64,000 nucleotides of DNA from Eledone cirrhosa (Eukaryota). How positions within the stretch are numbered: the stretch's first letter is position 1; each line of letters starts with the position of its first letter. Under the pieces are notes generated by a model that was given only the letters and a program-made list of their open reading frames with translations, did no database searches and was not told where the DNA came from. The position numbers were made by a program, and so were the translations under genes. The stretch spans positions 93,682,001 to 93,746,000 of the forward strand of contig OZ024745.1 of NCBI GenBank assembly GCA_964016885.1. The letters are read 5' to 3'. Shown piece by piece: positions 14,101 to 27,500 of the stretch.

Positions 14101-17100
14101 ATCATATCTTTCTTTGAAAGTACACCTCTGTCGGCTTCATTGATTGCTGCAAAGCGCGATATTTTTTTTTCTGAGCGATATATTCACTAAACTTAATGAT
14201 TTGATTAAGTTGTTGCAAGGAAAGCAAAAACTCTTGTCGACTGTAAATCATTTATCACCGCCTTCATTTGAAATCGGTCTTGTATAAAATAAACATTTCC
14301 AAACGTCAATTGCATCAATTTCCACAACTGGATTCTTTGAAAGATGAATTGGTTGACGAGGATATCATTACCTATCGTGACTATCTACAATCATTGCATG
14401 ATGACATGGTGGAGCGATTTCAAGATGTTATTACATTGAATATTCCAAATTGGTATAGCAATCCATTTGAAGTCCAAGCAGTCTATTGCGAGGACGACGT
14501 TTAGGAGGAGCTAATTGAATTGCAAAATGATAATGAGGCCACAATGCGATATCGGCTTCATGGCAAAGAAGGCTTGTGGTATCATCAAAGTATATTGAAT
14601 TCTTACCCCAACCTATGGAAGCATTTGAAATTAATTTTGCTTGCCTTCCCAACATCGTACTTGGTCGAATCTGGTTTCAGTCACGTTGGTACTTTACTTT
14701 CTAAAAGCCGAAGTGGACTGGATGTAGCCAAACGAGGAGACTTGCGATTAAAATGGACAAGTTTGCAACCAAATGTGTCTGCACTAGCTGCGTCACATCA
14801 GCCTCAAGGATCACACTGAAAACTAAACATGGTGAGTTTGTTGAACATTTAATACATGTATCCTTTTTCAATTTTGTTTCATTGAGAAACATTTAGCAAT
14901 CAAAAACTTCATTCTTCTGAATAACGTTTCAACTCCGAATGCCCATTTTGCAATATTTCATCTCAATAAATATTTCATTTTTTAAGCAACCGTTCTGAAT
15001 AATGCTTTATTTTTGCGTCCTTAAAATTACTGCACAGGTGGGCGATGGGAATTTGTGTGTGTGGAAAAGTGGGCGATAACAACACAAAGGTTGGGAAACC
15101 CCTGATCTAGACAGATCATCAAATCCTAAACTAAATGGCTCAGAGAACCACATATTGCTCGTACATTTGATAGGAAGGGCATCTATCCATAGAACCTAAC
15201 ACCAAACACTTTACAAAGTGTACTGGGTGCATTTTATCATGGAACCAGTATTCAAATTTCTAAACACCCTATTTATGTTAATATAGAAGAATAAACATAA
15301 AACAGAGGAAACATAACATAGTAAAAATCTCAGTTTATAAAAATCAAGAGGTTTAGAAAGTTCTGAAAAATATAAAATCAGCTGAAATACATAGGTTAAA
15401 GTGGAGTTAAAACAGGTTTTATGTTTGTTTACACATCACCATCACCACCGTTTAACGTCTACTTTCCACACTAACATGGGTTAGACGAGTTGTCCTATTT
15501 GAGACATGTCAGGTCAGATGACCGTGTCTTGCTCATACAGAACTGTTTCTGGCTGAGTTTCAAACACCAACCACATTTAACATGTGCAAATGTACTCTTT
15601 TATTGGCTTCAATCATATGATTGCCTATGAGAAAGTAAAATATCAATTCTTCTGAATACGGATGTGAATTGATTTGAATTACAATGCAATATTCTGAATT
15701 GAAACAATGATCATACAACAAAACTAAGAAATCAAAGTAAGAATCAATTCATGTTAGATTAGACTTTGAAAAAATAAATAAACAAATGGTAATAACTAAA
15801 ATATTATTACAAACTACATACTCACCTGAATTGCTCTTTGAAAAAATTTAATAGCTGTATCGTGTTCTTTCTGTAAACTAAAGCAATTTCCTGTTGCACA
15901 CCATGCCTGCATTTTTTTTTTTTTAACAAAGAAAAAAACAAATTTCAAAATATGAATACGACCAAAATTACTATTACAAAAGTAATAAGCAATAATAATG
16001 TTCTATTTAACAACATATCTGGCATGCTCTGAATCTCAATAGGATTGAAATTTAAACAGATGTTCATATGCTATGAACATCATTTTCCATGCTGACAAGG
16101 GCCATTATGTTCCAAGTTAGTTTTTATTCAGGGTTAGCACGATTTCTTAGGTTAGATGCCTTTCCTAACATCAACCTCTTTACAGAAGGTATTGAATGGG
16201 TTTAGTTGTAGTACCAACAGGAGAAAGGCAGTCCTGTCCTCAGTAAGATTAAAGAATCCTCTCTATCCTATATCATCTCTGTTCAAACACAATCCACTTT
16301 ACAGAGCATACTGGGCACATGGCAGCACCACAAGAGAACTTGACAAATTAAAGACTTCTTTCTAACCTACTTGGTCTGGTCTCCATTCTTTCAATGTAAA
16401 CCAAGAGTGTAACTAGAGGGAAGTGATGGGCAAGAGTTTCAAGACGAAAGAGTATGATTATGAGGATGAAGAGGAGAAACAGCATGATAGGATAGTATGG
16501 GAGGGAAAGAAGTAGCAACTGCATGTTAGTTGTTGATATTTAAAGCAATAACTCAATATTTTAGCTAACTTTATCTACCAACCAGAAGAATTGAGACATT
16601 ACATTACATAAACAAGACAATTTCGACAAGTATTAAACAAAGGTAACTAGATTTTCTAAGTATTTGTGTATTCCATAAGAGAATCAATTAGTTATTAAAA
16701 TGTATCTCAAAACAATTTACTATTCAATTTCTTTTACCATTTTCTACACTAGCATAAATGGTATGGTTTTTACAAATTATTATTTGTATATAATTTAAGT
16801 ATCTTTTTCCATTCTAATAGTAGAATGTATTTTCTACCTACTTTATAAATCACATAATGTAACTAGAAATTAATACTAAAATCTTAGCTACTGATTTCTT
16901 AGTATCCGAGATTCAATATAGTTTTACATCAACTAAATCAACGCAACTAAAAAAAAACTTTATGGTCCAAAATTATCATTCAGTAACCCAATTTAGTGAC
17001 AGCAAAGTTATTAAAATAGACTAAGTTTTTAATGAATCTATATCATTACGTGCTACGTTTCACCAATACTTCTGAAACCACTCAATAACTGAATTACTAA

Positions 17101-20100
17101 AATTATTACAATACCTCAGGAGCATTTTTATTCATCTCTGTGAGTTCTTGTGCCAAAGCAGACAATTCTACTTCACGCTGTAGCTGCCAAAGAGCAGTAC
17201 TATACAGATCCATCCCTTCCATATGGTAAGGTTCCAATTCACGCAATTCAGCAAACACTTTCTCAGCCTAAAAAATAATCACAAAACGGAAAAAGATTAT
17301 TTAATATATAACATTTTTTTTAAAGAATAACTGGTTTGAGACCAAAACTTTATTACAGATAAATAAGTTGACACCAAAGAGATCAAAACTACTTTAAAAC
17401 ATTAAAAGAAACTAAAATCCAAAATGTTGTCTTAATTCATTCAGCAATGAATCAGACATAATGTACAATATTTCCACAGAAATGTTGATAAGATACAAGA
17501 AGTGTGATAAATGATATAGGGAGCTATATAAATACATACATATCAAATAGTATATAATATAATAAAGCAATGTTTAAGGCATCAAAAATGAAATTATAGG
17601 CTAAAATCCCAACAAATTTAACTTTCCACGATTACCATGGCAAAGATATTTCAGTCTTACTCACCCAGATGGTTCTATAAATACAGAACACTGTTATAAG
17701 AAGCAAAAAAATGCAATAGAGTTCCAATCATCCATTAGTTAACTGCAATAATTAGATTCACTTGTCAATTGCCTAAGTAAACTTTGTCAGCACTTAGGTT
17801 CTTGTTGAATCAGACTGTAAGTGATGGTTGGTGTGTAGAGTAAACCAATGTTAAAACCATACACAGGAATCAATTTTAGTGAACAACAAGGGATTCCAAC
17901 ACAGTAGTGACAACCAGATCATCTGGGTTGCCTAATAAAGGATAGAATGAATGAATCTTTGACAATATTGGAAGGAAGAAATAAATAAGCTTCTGGATTC
18001 CTTCCCACAGAGATATACATGCAAACATTTAGCTACTTCCTCTATTTACATTTTGCTTGAGTGAGGTACCAATTGCAAAGCTACTTGAAAGAACATTGAA
18101 AGTTGATAGCCAGTGGTCTGTAATTTCACATGCCTTAATGTTATTGTGCCTCTAAAAGTGTATTTAAAAAAATCTAATACTTACTTGATTGTAATTATTT
18201 AGCTCAAAGTGGGCTCTAGCCACTTGGCAAAGGACCCAGCCAGTCTGGTACTGGTGTTGTGGTAACTCACTGAGCAATTCAATAGCTCGTTTACACTCAT
18301 ACTGTGTCAGAGCTTGGAATGCTCGCCCCATACTTTGTAGCAGTTTCAGTATACCAGCTGAGATTTAAACAAAATAACATTAATAGAACAGAAAAAAAAA
18401 AAATCAAATTTACAATTTTTACATTATCAAATATCTTAGAACAGAATGTTTAACACAGCTGAATGTTTAACACAGCTGAATGAATCGAGAATAGTAAAAT
18501 ACACAGCTCCCTTAGAACTTCATCACTCATGCCTGTACTGTCCAAATGTACTAAAACATTGTTAGTACTTTTAATAATGGTCTGAGTTGAAGGATAAGGT
18601 GACTAGATCACATCAGATTGTTTAGCCTCACATCAGCCTTCATCAAAAAAAGTTATGGTCAAAGGCATTCATTGATTGTCCAAGGTGATGATGTCATATC
18701 ATTTGAACTTAAGTATTTTAACCATGGTTATCTAATGTTGGTTGGAAGTGCTATTGAGACTGAGGGGATGTAGGGTCAGTCGGCTGGAATTTGCAGACAA
18801 CATGGTATTACTTAACTGGTCAGAAGGTGATCTCCAACATGCACTTGATAGGTTTGCAGCAGAGTTCTTCACAGCAGGAATGAGAATCAATACCGCAAAG
18901 ACTGAAACACTTGTCTTCTGAAGGAAGCCAGCACAATGCACTACATGTGAGTGAAGGTCCAGTGAGGCAGGTCGAGAAGTTCAAGTATCTCGGAGCCGTG
19001 TTTGCAAGTGATGGAAGGCAGGAGGCTGAATTAAATGCAAGGAACTGGTGCAGTAATGCAACAGCTTCAGCATTTGATCATCAGAAGAAGGGAGGTAGGT
19101 GTCAAAGCCAAAGTCACTATCTTCAAGTTGGTATTCATATCAACCTTTACCTATGGTCATAAATCTTGGGAAATAACTGAAAGAATACAATTGCGAATAC
19201 AAGCGGCCAAAATGGGGTTCCTCTGAAGGGGCTTTGGAGTAATGTTACTCAATAGAGTGTGTAGCTTGAAGATCAGAGAGTCAATTCTCCGAATTGAGAG
19301 ATCCCAGCTCCAATATTACAGACATGTGGTTAGAATGTTTCAGGAAAGAATTGAACAGATTTTACAGGCAAAAACCAACTGGCAGATGACCAAGATGGTT
19401 AGATAACATCCATAAGCTTGGATGGTCTCTTTTGGGGATCCAGCTGGATCAACTAGAGATGGTTGCATCTGACCGGACCCTCTGGATGGTGTGTTTAAGG
19501 ACTACGCATATGACCCTCCCAGGAATAAATGGACAAAAAAGTGAAAGGTGTAAAAATCCTTTATAATGCTACAGGACTGACACAATTTTACGATGGAGAT
19601 AGTATCAAACAACAACTTACTTAGTGACTGTTGTCTCATATGGGCTAACTGTGAAATGTTAGGCCCATCATAACCACAAGACTGCTTACAATCAAGGATG
19701 TTCTCTCCTTTGTTGATTTCATTCATTTCTTGCTGTGACTTGCTCAGTTTGCTCTTAGACTTTCTAGTACCAGACTTGGGACTTGTGAAACGTGACTTAC
19801 TCTGACTTTTGTTGTTTTCCTAAAAATTCAGAAAAGAAAAGAAAAATATCAATTAATTTCAAATGATCTAACCATCACAGCTATGAAAAATTTTTCCACA
19901 ACCAATATATTCATAGTTCTGACAATACTAATAACGAAAAAAATATACTGTTACTAATTTCAGTCACAGGACTGTGGTCATGCAAAAGCACAGCCTTTTA
20001 GGGTTTTAGTCAATCTCTATCAAATAGCCTTATGACAAAGAGGGACAAAAGTTGATACCAATAACACCAGTATACACATACACAGACATAGAGATACAAA

Positions 20101-20545
20101 AGTTGACACCAATAACACCAGTATTCATACACACACAGATACAGAAAAAGCTTCCACACAGTTTCAGTCTATCAAATTATTTAGGCTGCAGTATAAGACA
20201 CTTGCCCAAAATAATGAGTGATGGAAACAAAGCCAAAATCGTGATTGCAAAGCAAACTTCTTAACTACAATGACATGTCTGTATATCTGTAAAAATTTAC
20301 AATATCTTTTTATTATTATCATCATCAACATCAATATCACATACCTTGCATACTAATTCATTTTCACTGGTTTCTTATGTAAAACCAATATGTCTAGTTG
20401 AAAAAATAGCTCCTGTGTAACATTATTATTAATTCACTATTAAATTGAAAGAAAAAAATTCAGGTTCTGGCATGTTTCGTCTTATATCAGGAGAATGTGA
20501 GGATATCAATGAAGCCTTCATTGCTCTACACATCCCAAAGACTAT

Positions 20546-20576
<31 letters not shown>

Positions 20577-21481
20577 TACATGACTCAATTTTACAAAACC
20601 TAAACCCACTTGATGTAACTTAAGTTCTTACAGAAATTCAAAAAACATTAAAATCTCAAATAAACATTGCAAGTTCTTATAACGATTATATATATGATAA
20701 AACTAAAAATCCATACAAATTCGTAAAAATTCTTGTAACCATTTCATAAATGATAACGCTAACACCCATACAAACATAAATTTAAAAACCGATTGTGGAC
20801 AGAGAAAAACATAATTACTTTAACAGAGCTAGAATTCCCAAATAATCTTTGACTTCGACGAACATTTGTTACATTAGTCTGCAATCTAGAACCAAAGAAA
20901 AATATTTATGTCATTATTACAGAAAATGATGATTGCATGGTATAAATCTCAAATTACTGGTGTGAACAGGAAGCTGTCAAAATAAAGTATTTTGTGGAAA
21001 AGGGGAGCGAAAAGGAGCAAACCTTTAATACAGGTCCATTGAAAAGTACTTTTATCAGCCATTTTACAAGGAAGTGCCCACCCCACCCAAGTCTGGTGAG
21101 ATTGTTGCAGTTGATGTTTAACTTGAAATCAATGCCTGCAGGAAAAGTATGGCAAGATAGAAATTGCAGATGGATGCAGTTCTAGGAGAAAGAGGGAGGA
21201 GAGGATGGAAAAGTGGACATAAAAATTATGATATATATATGTGTGCATGTGTGTGTGTGTGTGTATATATCATCATCACCGTTTAACATCTATTTTTCCA
21301 TGCTTGCATGGGTTAGATGGGTCATCCAAGTTATGATGCAAGTCTGGCCAGTTGGCCGCGCCGTACCTTGCTCAAACAGAACTGTATTTTGGTTGAGAGT
21401 TTTACAGCTAGATGCCCTTCATAACACCAACCACATTAACAGTGTGGAACTGGATGGTCCAGTTAAGAGACAAATCTGGCC

Positions 21482-21524
<43 letters not shown>

Positions 21525-24500
21525 GATGATGATGAATGAATAAATGCAGAAATGATAAATTAGTTTTAAGGTGAGAAAGTATGCAAATCAGGTATATGAG
21601 TAGCTCACGATACTTATTGTAGGTGAGCAGTTCAGAATAACAAATGATCTGGCCTCGCTATCATAAATGTTGGTTGCATGGAGAAATGCCCAACAAATGA
21701 CTGTTCTTGATAATTGAGTTTTTCAAGTGTTAATCTATATACTACTAAAACTCTGATTGTGTGCTTGTCTGTAAATTAATACAGCCAAAACGGCACATAA
21801 TGGGAAAATACTTTGAAAGGAAGATGTCCCTGCTATGGGAATACAAATGGAATAAAACAGGTTTTGCATTAATCTGAGCACGGGTTCCCGAGATACTGGG
21901 TTTTTCCGGGTACCTTCATAAATAGGGAGAAAGAAAGATAGAGAAAGAGATAATGATAATGAGAGAGTAGATTCAGAGAGAGAGAAAGAGAGCTGGTGGT
22001 GATGTTGAATGAGTGACTTCAAATAATCGAATACAGCATCACTGTATCTAGCTCGAATTTGGTGACTGAATATTAAGTCATATGTATCATATAACTTGTG
22101 TTAGGACAGGATGTGTGTAAATAGGAAGAGTTTCTAAGTGTCTGTGTTTGTGACCAGTGTATATGTATGTATGTATGTATGTATACATGTCAGGTCACCA
22201 GTTGGTGCTACTGGTAACATGTATCCCAGTACAACCTGTCTCATGGTCGGGTCGTTGGCGACTAAACTGGCAACCCCACCAATTTTTCTTGGTGAGGAGG
22301 GTGACTTTGGACATCCTGCAGGACTAAAAACAAAACCTGTCAAAGGGCAAAGGAGCTCTTAAGAGTCAATGGCCATCCAAAATCACTGGGAGAAATGACA
22401 CCTTTGCCTTTGTCAAGGCAGAATTCTAGAAGAAAAACTGATATAACACCTGCAACCCTGATGGTATCCAATGATGTTGACTTGCTCTTCTTTTTGGTAA
22501 ATATCATCTTGGTTAAGAGAGTGGGACTGGCTTTGTGCAGTGCCTTTGCTCACTATAAAAGCTTCACGGCACAGGCATTGCTTTATATCTGGAGATCTCT
22601 CTGCCCTTTTCGTCACATGGTACCATGGGCCCAGCACTATGTGTCAATAATTGTCACAAGTGTAGCATTTGTACCAGAGTTTTCAAGTTGCTGGCTGGAC
22701 TAAAAAGTCACTCATTCAGCACATCGGTAGGGGTTCTCCTACATGGCTATAAAGTAGTGGCCGTACTCGAAAACGAGTTGGCAGCCACCATATATATATA
22801 TGATGTGTTGGTGTAAATGGTAGCACAGTGGTCTGGATAACCAAAGATGTGGGTTCGACTCCCATGTACGTCAATACTCATCTTTTTCCATTTCTCCGAG
22901 GGTTCTTAACCCCACTATCAGGCTAAATAATTTCTTTAATCAAAATACGGTGGTAGCTTACATTTATAATAATTTCAAACCCGCTCGCTGTTTCGAAAAT
23001 ATTCTTACTTGATATATATATATATATGGGCCTTCCATTTCATTTTACATTATATACATGTCTGTGTATATTTTAATTATTTAAAAATTATTTTTAAGTA
23101 AACATGATTTTTAAGTGAACGTGATCACTATTAGTGATAGTGGAATTAAATTGGTTAAATTGGTTCCCATTATTTTTAATTAGAGTGAAAGAATATTCAG
23201 TACAGATATGTAATATAATACAGTCAATGACTGATAAAAAATTCATTTTCAAACATTGAATAGCTTTAAATCTGACTGAATATTACCATGTTTGAGTACA
23301 AGATGCACCGAGACATAAGACGAATAACCTATTTTATATCTACTGTTTTACAGCATTTGTTGAAGTACATCATTCAACATACAGGGAGGTAACATACGTT
23401 TTCAGAATGATCTTATAACTCGGCATGTAGTAAATGACTATTTTAGCTAATAGACTTATGAATATGCAGTAAATATTATGTATCATAAATTTAGAATATA
23501 CTAAAATTTAATGTGACTAGTAACAAAAAAGGAATCAAAAGGAATCTCAAATCAAGTCAAGGAGCTGACATCTCTAACATTGATGTCATGGGAAAATTCA
23601 CCTAACACACACTGTAAAGTAATTGGCTTTAGGAAAGGTATCTAACTAGAAACCATACCAAAATCAGAAGGTATGAATGTGAGATGTGGTCTTCCAACTT
23701 GTCTGATTAAATATTAACTTGGTCTATAATATGCCAGCATGGAATAAGCAGAATTAAAATGGTGATGTGGGGAAATTCCTATTTAAAATTATAATCATCA
23801 CCGTTTAATGTCCATTTTTCATGCTAGCATGGGTTAGCTGAGTCATCCTGTTGTGAGATAAATCAGATCAGATGACCATGTCTTGCTCAAAATAAAGCAA
23901 GATGTTAACGAGCAATAGGAAATGATTTACCTTTGTAGTAACATAACAAATTCAAAGAAAAGATAGTTTTCAACTCATAATAATTAATTCCAAGTGACAT
24001 TTTGTGAGTTATATATTAGCACTGAGAGAAGAAAGACATATACAACGAAACCTTCTATAGTCTGCATCATCCAGAAGCCAGAATTACCATCTTGATTTGT
24101 ATGTACCAATTTCTATCATTACTTACACATAACCATGACATAGTTAAAATGAATTTATAGATAACTACAGTGCAGTTCTATGGCAAGAACTGTATTGTGA
24201 CATTCATAATACAGGCCACATCTATCTACATACTTTAGGCTATCTTAGAATTTTAATAGCAAATATAAGCCTGAAATATATGTGCAAATATATTTTCCAA
24301 GAGTGGTACATTGTTGAAATACATTTACAACACACAGTTGACAATATTGAAACTTACCCTGACTGCTGATTAGAAGTAGCCAGTTCTCGTGGGTTGGTGT
24401 TGCCTGATTGACTAAAAACTGTCGGCTTTGGTATGGAGGGATGAAGGTTTTGATTTTGACTTCTACGAGTAACAGGCTACAAATTAAGTTAAAAAATAAC

Positions 24501-27500
24501 ATTAAAACCACAAGATACTTTAAAATAAAATTCACAAAACACAAGAAATATAAAATTTTCAAATTAAAACAATCTTTTTTTAATGTACTCCATATCTATT
24601 TTACAAAAATATTTAGACGAGTGTGTACATCATATCCTTAGAGTAAATATTGCAGCCAATTTCCTTTGCTATAATTAACTATTAAGCCTTTAGCATTCAC
24701 ATTACTCTATATTTACTACTGTATTTTCGTGGTAAAGGCTTTACCTCACATAATATTGAATCTATGAGATTTTGATATCACTTATTTTGAGGACAATACC
24801 TTAATGTCAATATAACAGCCAGTTATGGCTGGTTTGAACAGAAAGAGGTGAGAGAATTCTGGCCATAAAAGACACTTGTTCAATGTACCACACAATGGGA
24901 TCAAATATGACACCATGTGATTATGAAGCAAACCTCTTAACCACACAGTCATGCCTGCATACATGTATGTGTGGTATATACATAATGTAAACCAGAGAGG
25001 GATAGGAGCATGTTCATCTATTGTTGGATTTGAATTTAGTCTTTACTAAAAAGTAGGTAAAGATTGAAACAAGTCATACTATAAAATTCACCTTTATTCT
25101 ATACAATAGTATTCAAAATCAGTGCTTTTAAGAATCAAATTTAAGAATCAAATTTTCAAATAAATTGTCTTAAAATGCCTATATTTTGACCATTTCTTTG
25201 CAAATACTCAACCTATGCTATAAAATACATAACTCAAGTTTTAAGACCACAACAAAGTAATTTTTGCCTTTCTTTGTCGTTTTATAAATCAAAGGCAGAT
25301 TGTTTTAGCATTCTTTTTTTTGTTCATGCTTATACAATTGCTGAGAGGAATCAAGCTTCATGCAATACAGAAATATAATTTTTTTAAAGATAAAACAGAA
25401 AAAATAAAACATCTATAATAAATGTTAACAACTGAAAATAAATTCAATCAAATATAGACAGGTAAAAAGTATTACAACCTTTTGACCCCGGGGCACACGA
25501 GGTTGATCAGAAACTAAATTCTCTGAAAGACCAACAGGAGTAACTTGAGTAATATATGGCACACTCTCTTGAGGACTGGGTACTTCTAAAGGAAACACTC
25601 CAAAACTGTAGAAGGTAAGATTTAAAAGATAGATTTTTAAAAATAAGTACATCATTCATCAGAAATAGAACAAAATTACTACTACTACTATTATTATCAT
25701 TATTTTTATATTCATTATCATTTTTATCATTCTACATTGATCATGTCAACAGATTAATGATAATAATAAAAATGATTGTGTAGTGCTTGGATGCACTAAA
25801 CTCATCAAAGGTGCATGTATAGTACATAGAATACAGAATTTTCTGATAAAGCTATCAATATTCCTGTCGCTGTGTTTCACTTCTAAAATCTGATTTTTCT
25901 ATTGTATTCTTCAACTTTATCTTGTCTTTATTTCACATCATTGTGATATGTATTTTTTTTTATTAGTTATTCAGGGCAAAAGCAGTGCCCATGACTTTTT
26001 TTTTTTCTACAGCTTCAGACTGTTGGGAGGGAGGCATCTTCGATCCAGAGAACTAGTATTTGAATTATTAGGGTGATATAATGACAGAAATGGTAAAGGC
26101 ATGGAGTGCAATATACTTTACAATATTCAGTTATGCCCCTTTACCTTCTGAGTTAATATCTCACCTTTAATATTTATATGATCAATAAAATAAATACTAG
26201 TATTTGGTAATTTTCTAAAAATTTATGATTTTGTACCAAAATTCCTTGAATCAATTTTTACTTTATTCTAACAGACATTAAGTTCTTTCAAAAACAAAAG
26301 TGTCTGGGATATATTGGGAACATCCATTTTATTTTGCCTCAAAGTAGTGAGCAAGACTGCATTCAATATTCCCAACTTTCTCATCTTTTAACACTACTAC
26401 ATGGCTAATCCTCTTCAGATAATCACAACAGAAAGTTCCAAACTCCCCATTACTCTGTCAGATGAGTAATTATCTGTGCATTATAACTCACAAACTTCAA
26501 AAAAGAAAGTATTAAGAAAAACAGTATGTTTTGAATAGGAAATATAAAGTTGGAGCTAGAGTAGGCTAAAATAAGACAAAAACAAAACATTTTTACCCTA
26601 TATATTTCATATTTGAAGATTATAACAACTCCATCATGCTTCGACCCCTTGGTGGGATTTGGTCATTGAGCTTTACTCATCCTACAATTAACCTTTTAAA
26701 TTACTCTATATTTACTATTGTATTTTCAGAGTAAAGCCTTTATCTCACATATGGAATCTGACATTTTGATGTTATTTATTTTGAGAACTATACCTTAACA
26801 TCAGTATGAGTGGCTAGTTATGGCCGGTTAGAACAGAAAGAGGTGATAGAATTCTGGCCGGATATGGCCATTTTAAATACTAAAAGGTTAAGGTTCAGTT
26901 TAGCTCCTATCCTTCAGCCTGTCTGGCATAGTTACATTTACCAAGAGTTAGACCTTCACCAGTAAAGCCCTCCAGATCAAAAGTACATACAAGCCACTCC
27001 ACCACAAGGTACTTAATCATATACACATACTCTTGGATGACTGTTGACTCAAGAGTTACTCTGCCCTTTGACAGATTTTGTTTTTCATCCCACAGTGTGC
27101 CTAAATATAACCCTTCTCACCAAGCAGGCTTGGTAGTTTAGTTATCAATGACTGACCATTCAACAGGTTGTACTGGATTATACATTACCAGTAGTGCCCA
27201 AGCAGTTGGGATAAATAGATATTTTAGCTGATTACTCTACTTCTCATTCAACTCTTTGTTTTAAACTAAGGAATTAGATTTCAGAAACTCTACTGACAGC
27301 ATGTTCATCAAACAAATTACAAGGTTCTATGTAGTCACTTAAATTGCTAGAAATATCAGTAAAATACCATTCAAATCCCACCCTACTCTCTCATTAGTTA
27401 ATGTAATCCTAAATACATTGTTTGAAAAATGAAAGATAGTCAAACTAGAACACATTTATGTCCACATCCAACCCATACTAGCATGGAGAGTGAATATAAA

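Larger units (their letters stand above)
12760..15104 (+). mobile_element. hAT DNA transposon, Buster/Charlie group, disrupted transposase
   Basis: TIRs CAGGGTTTCCCAACCT / AGGTTGGGAAACCCCTG and a perfect 8-bp TSD ATCTAGAC (12752-12759, 15105-15112), fitting the NTCTAGAN Charlie/Buster target consensus. Confidence 0.95.

Noticed and set aside
13532-14101. 189-aa ORF as a domesticated ZBED5/SCAND3-like host gene
   Set aside because: It sits inside TIRs and a TSD, with stops and frameshifts on both sides, so it is a dead transposon rather than a host gene.
21609-21734. Possible 126-nt cassette/poison exon in CDC27 intron 9 (minus strand, ag...gtgagc)
   Set aside because: Poor polypyrimidine tract, two in-frame stops and no Cdc27 similarity. 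Exons 9 and 10 already join in frame, so it needs RNA evidence.
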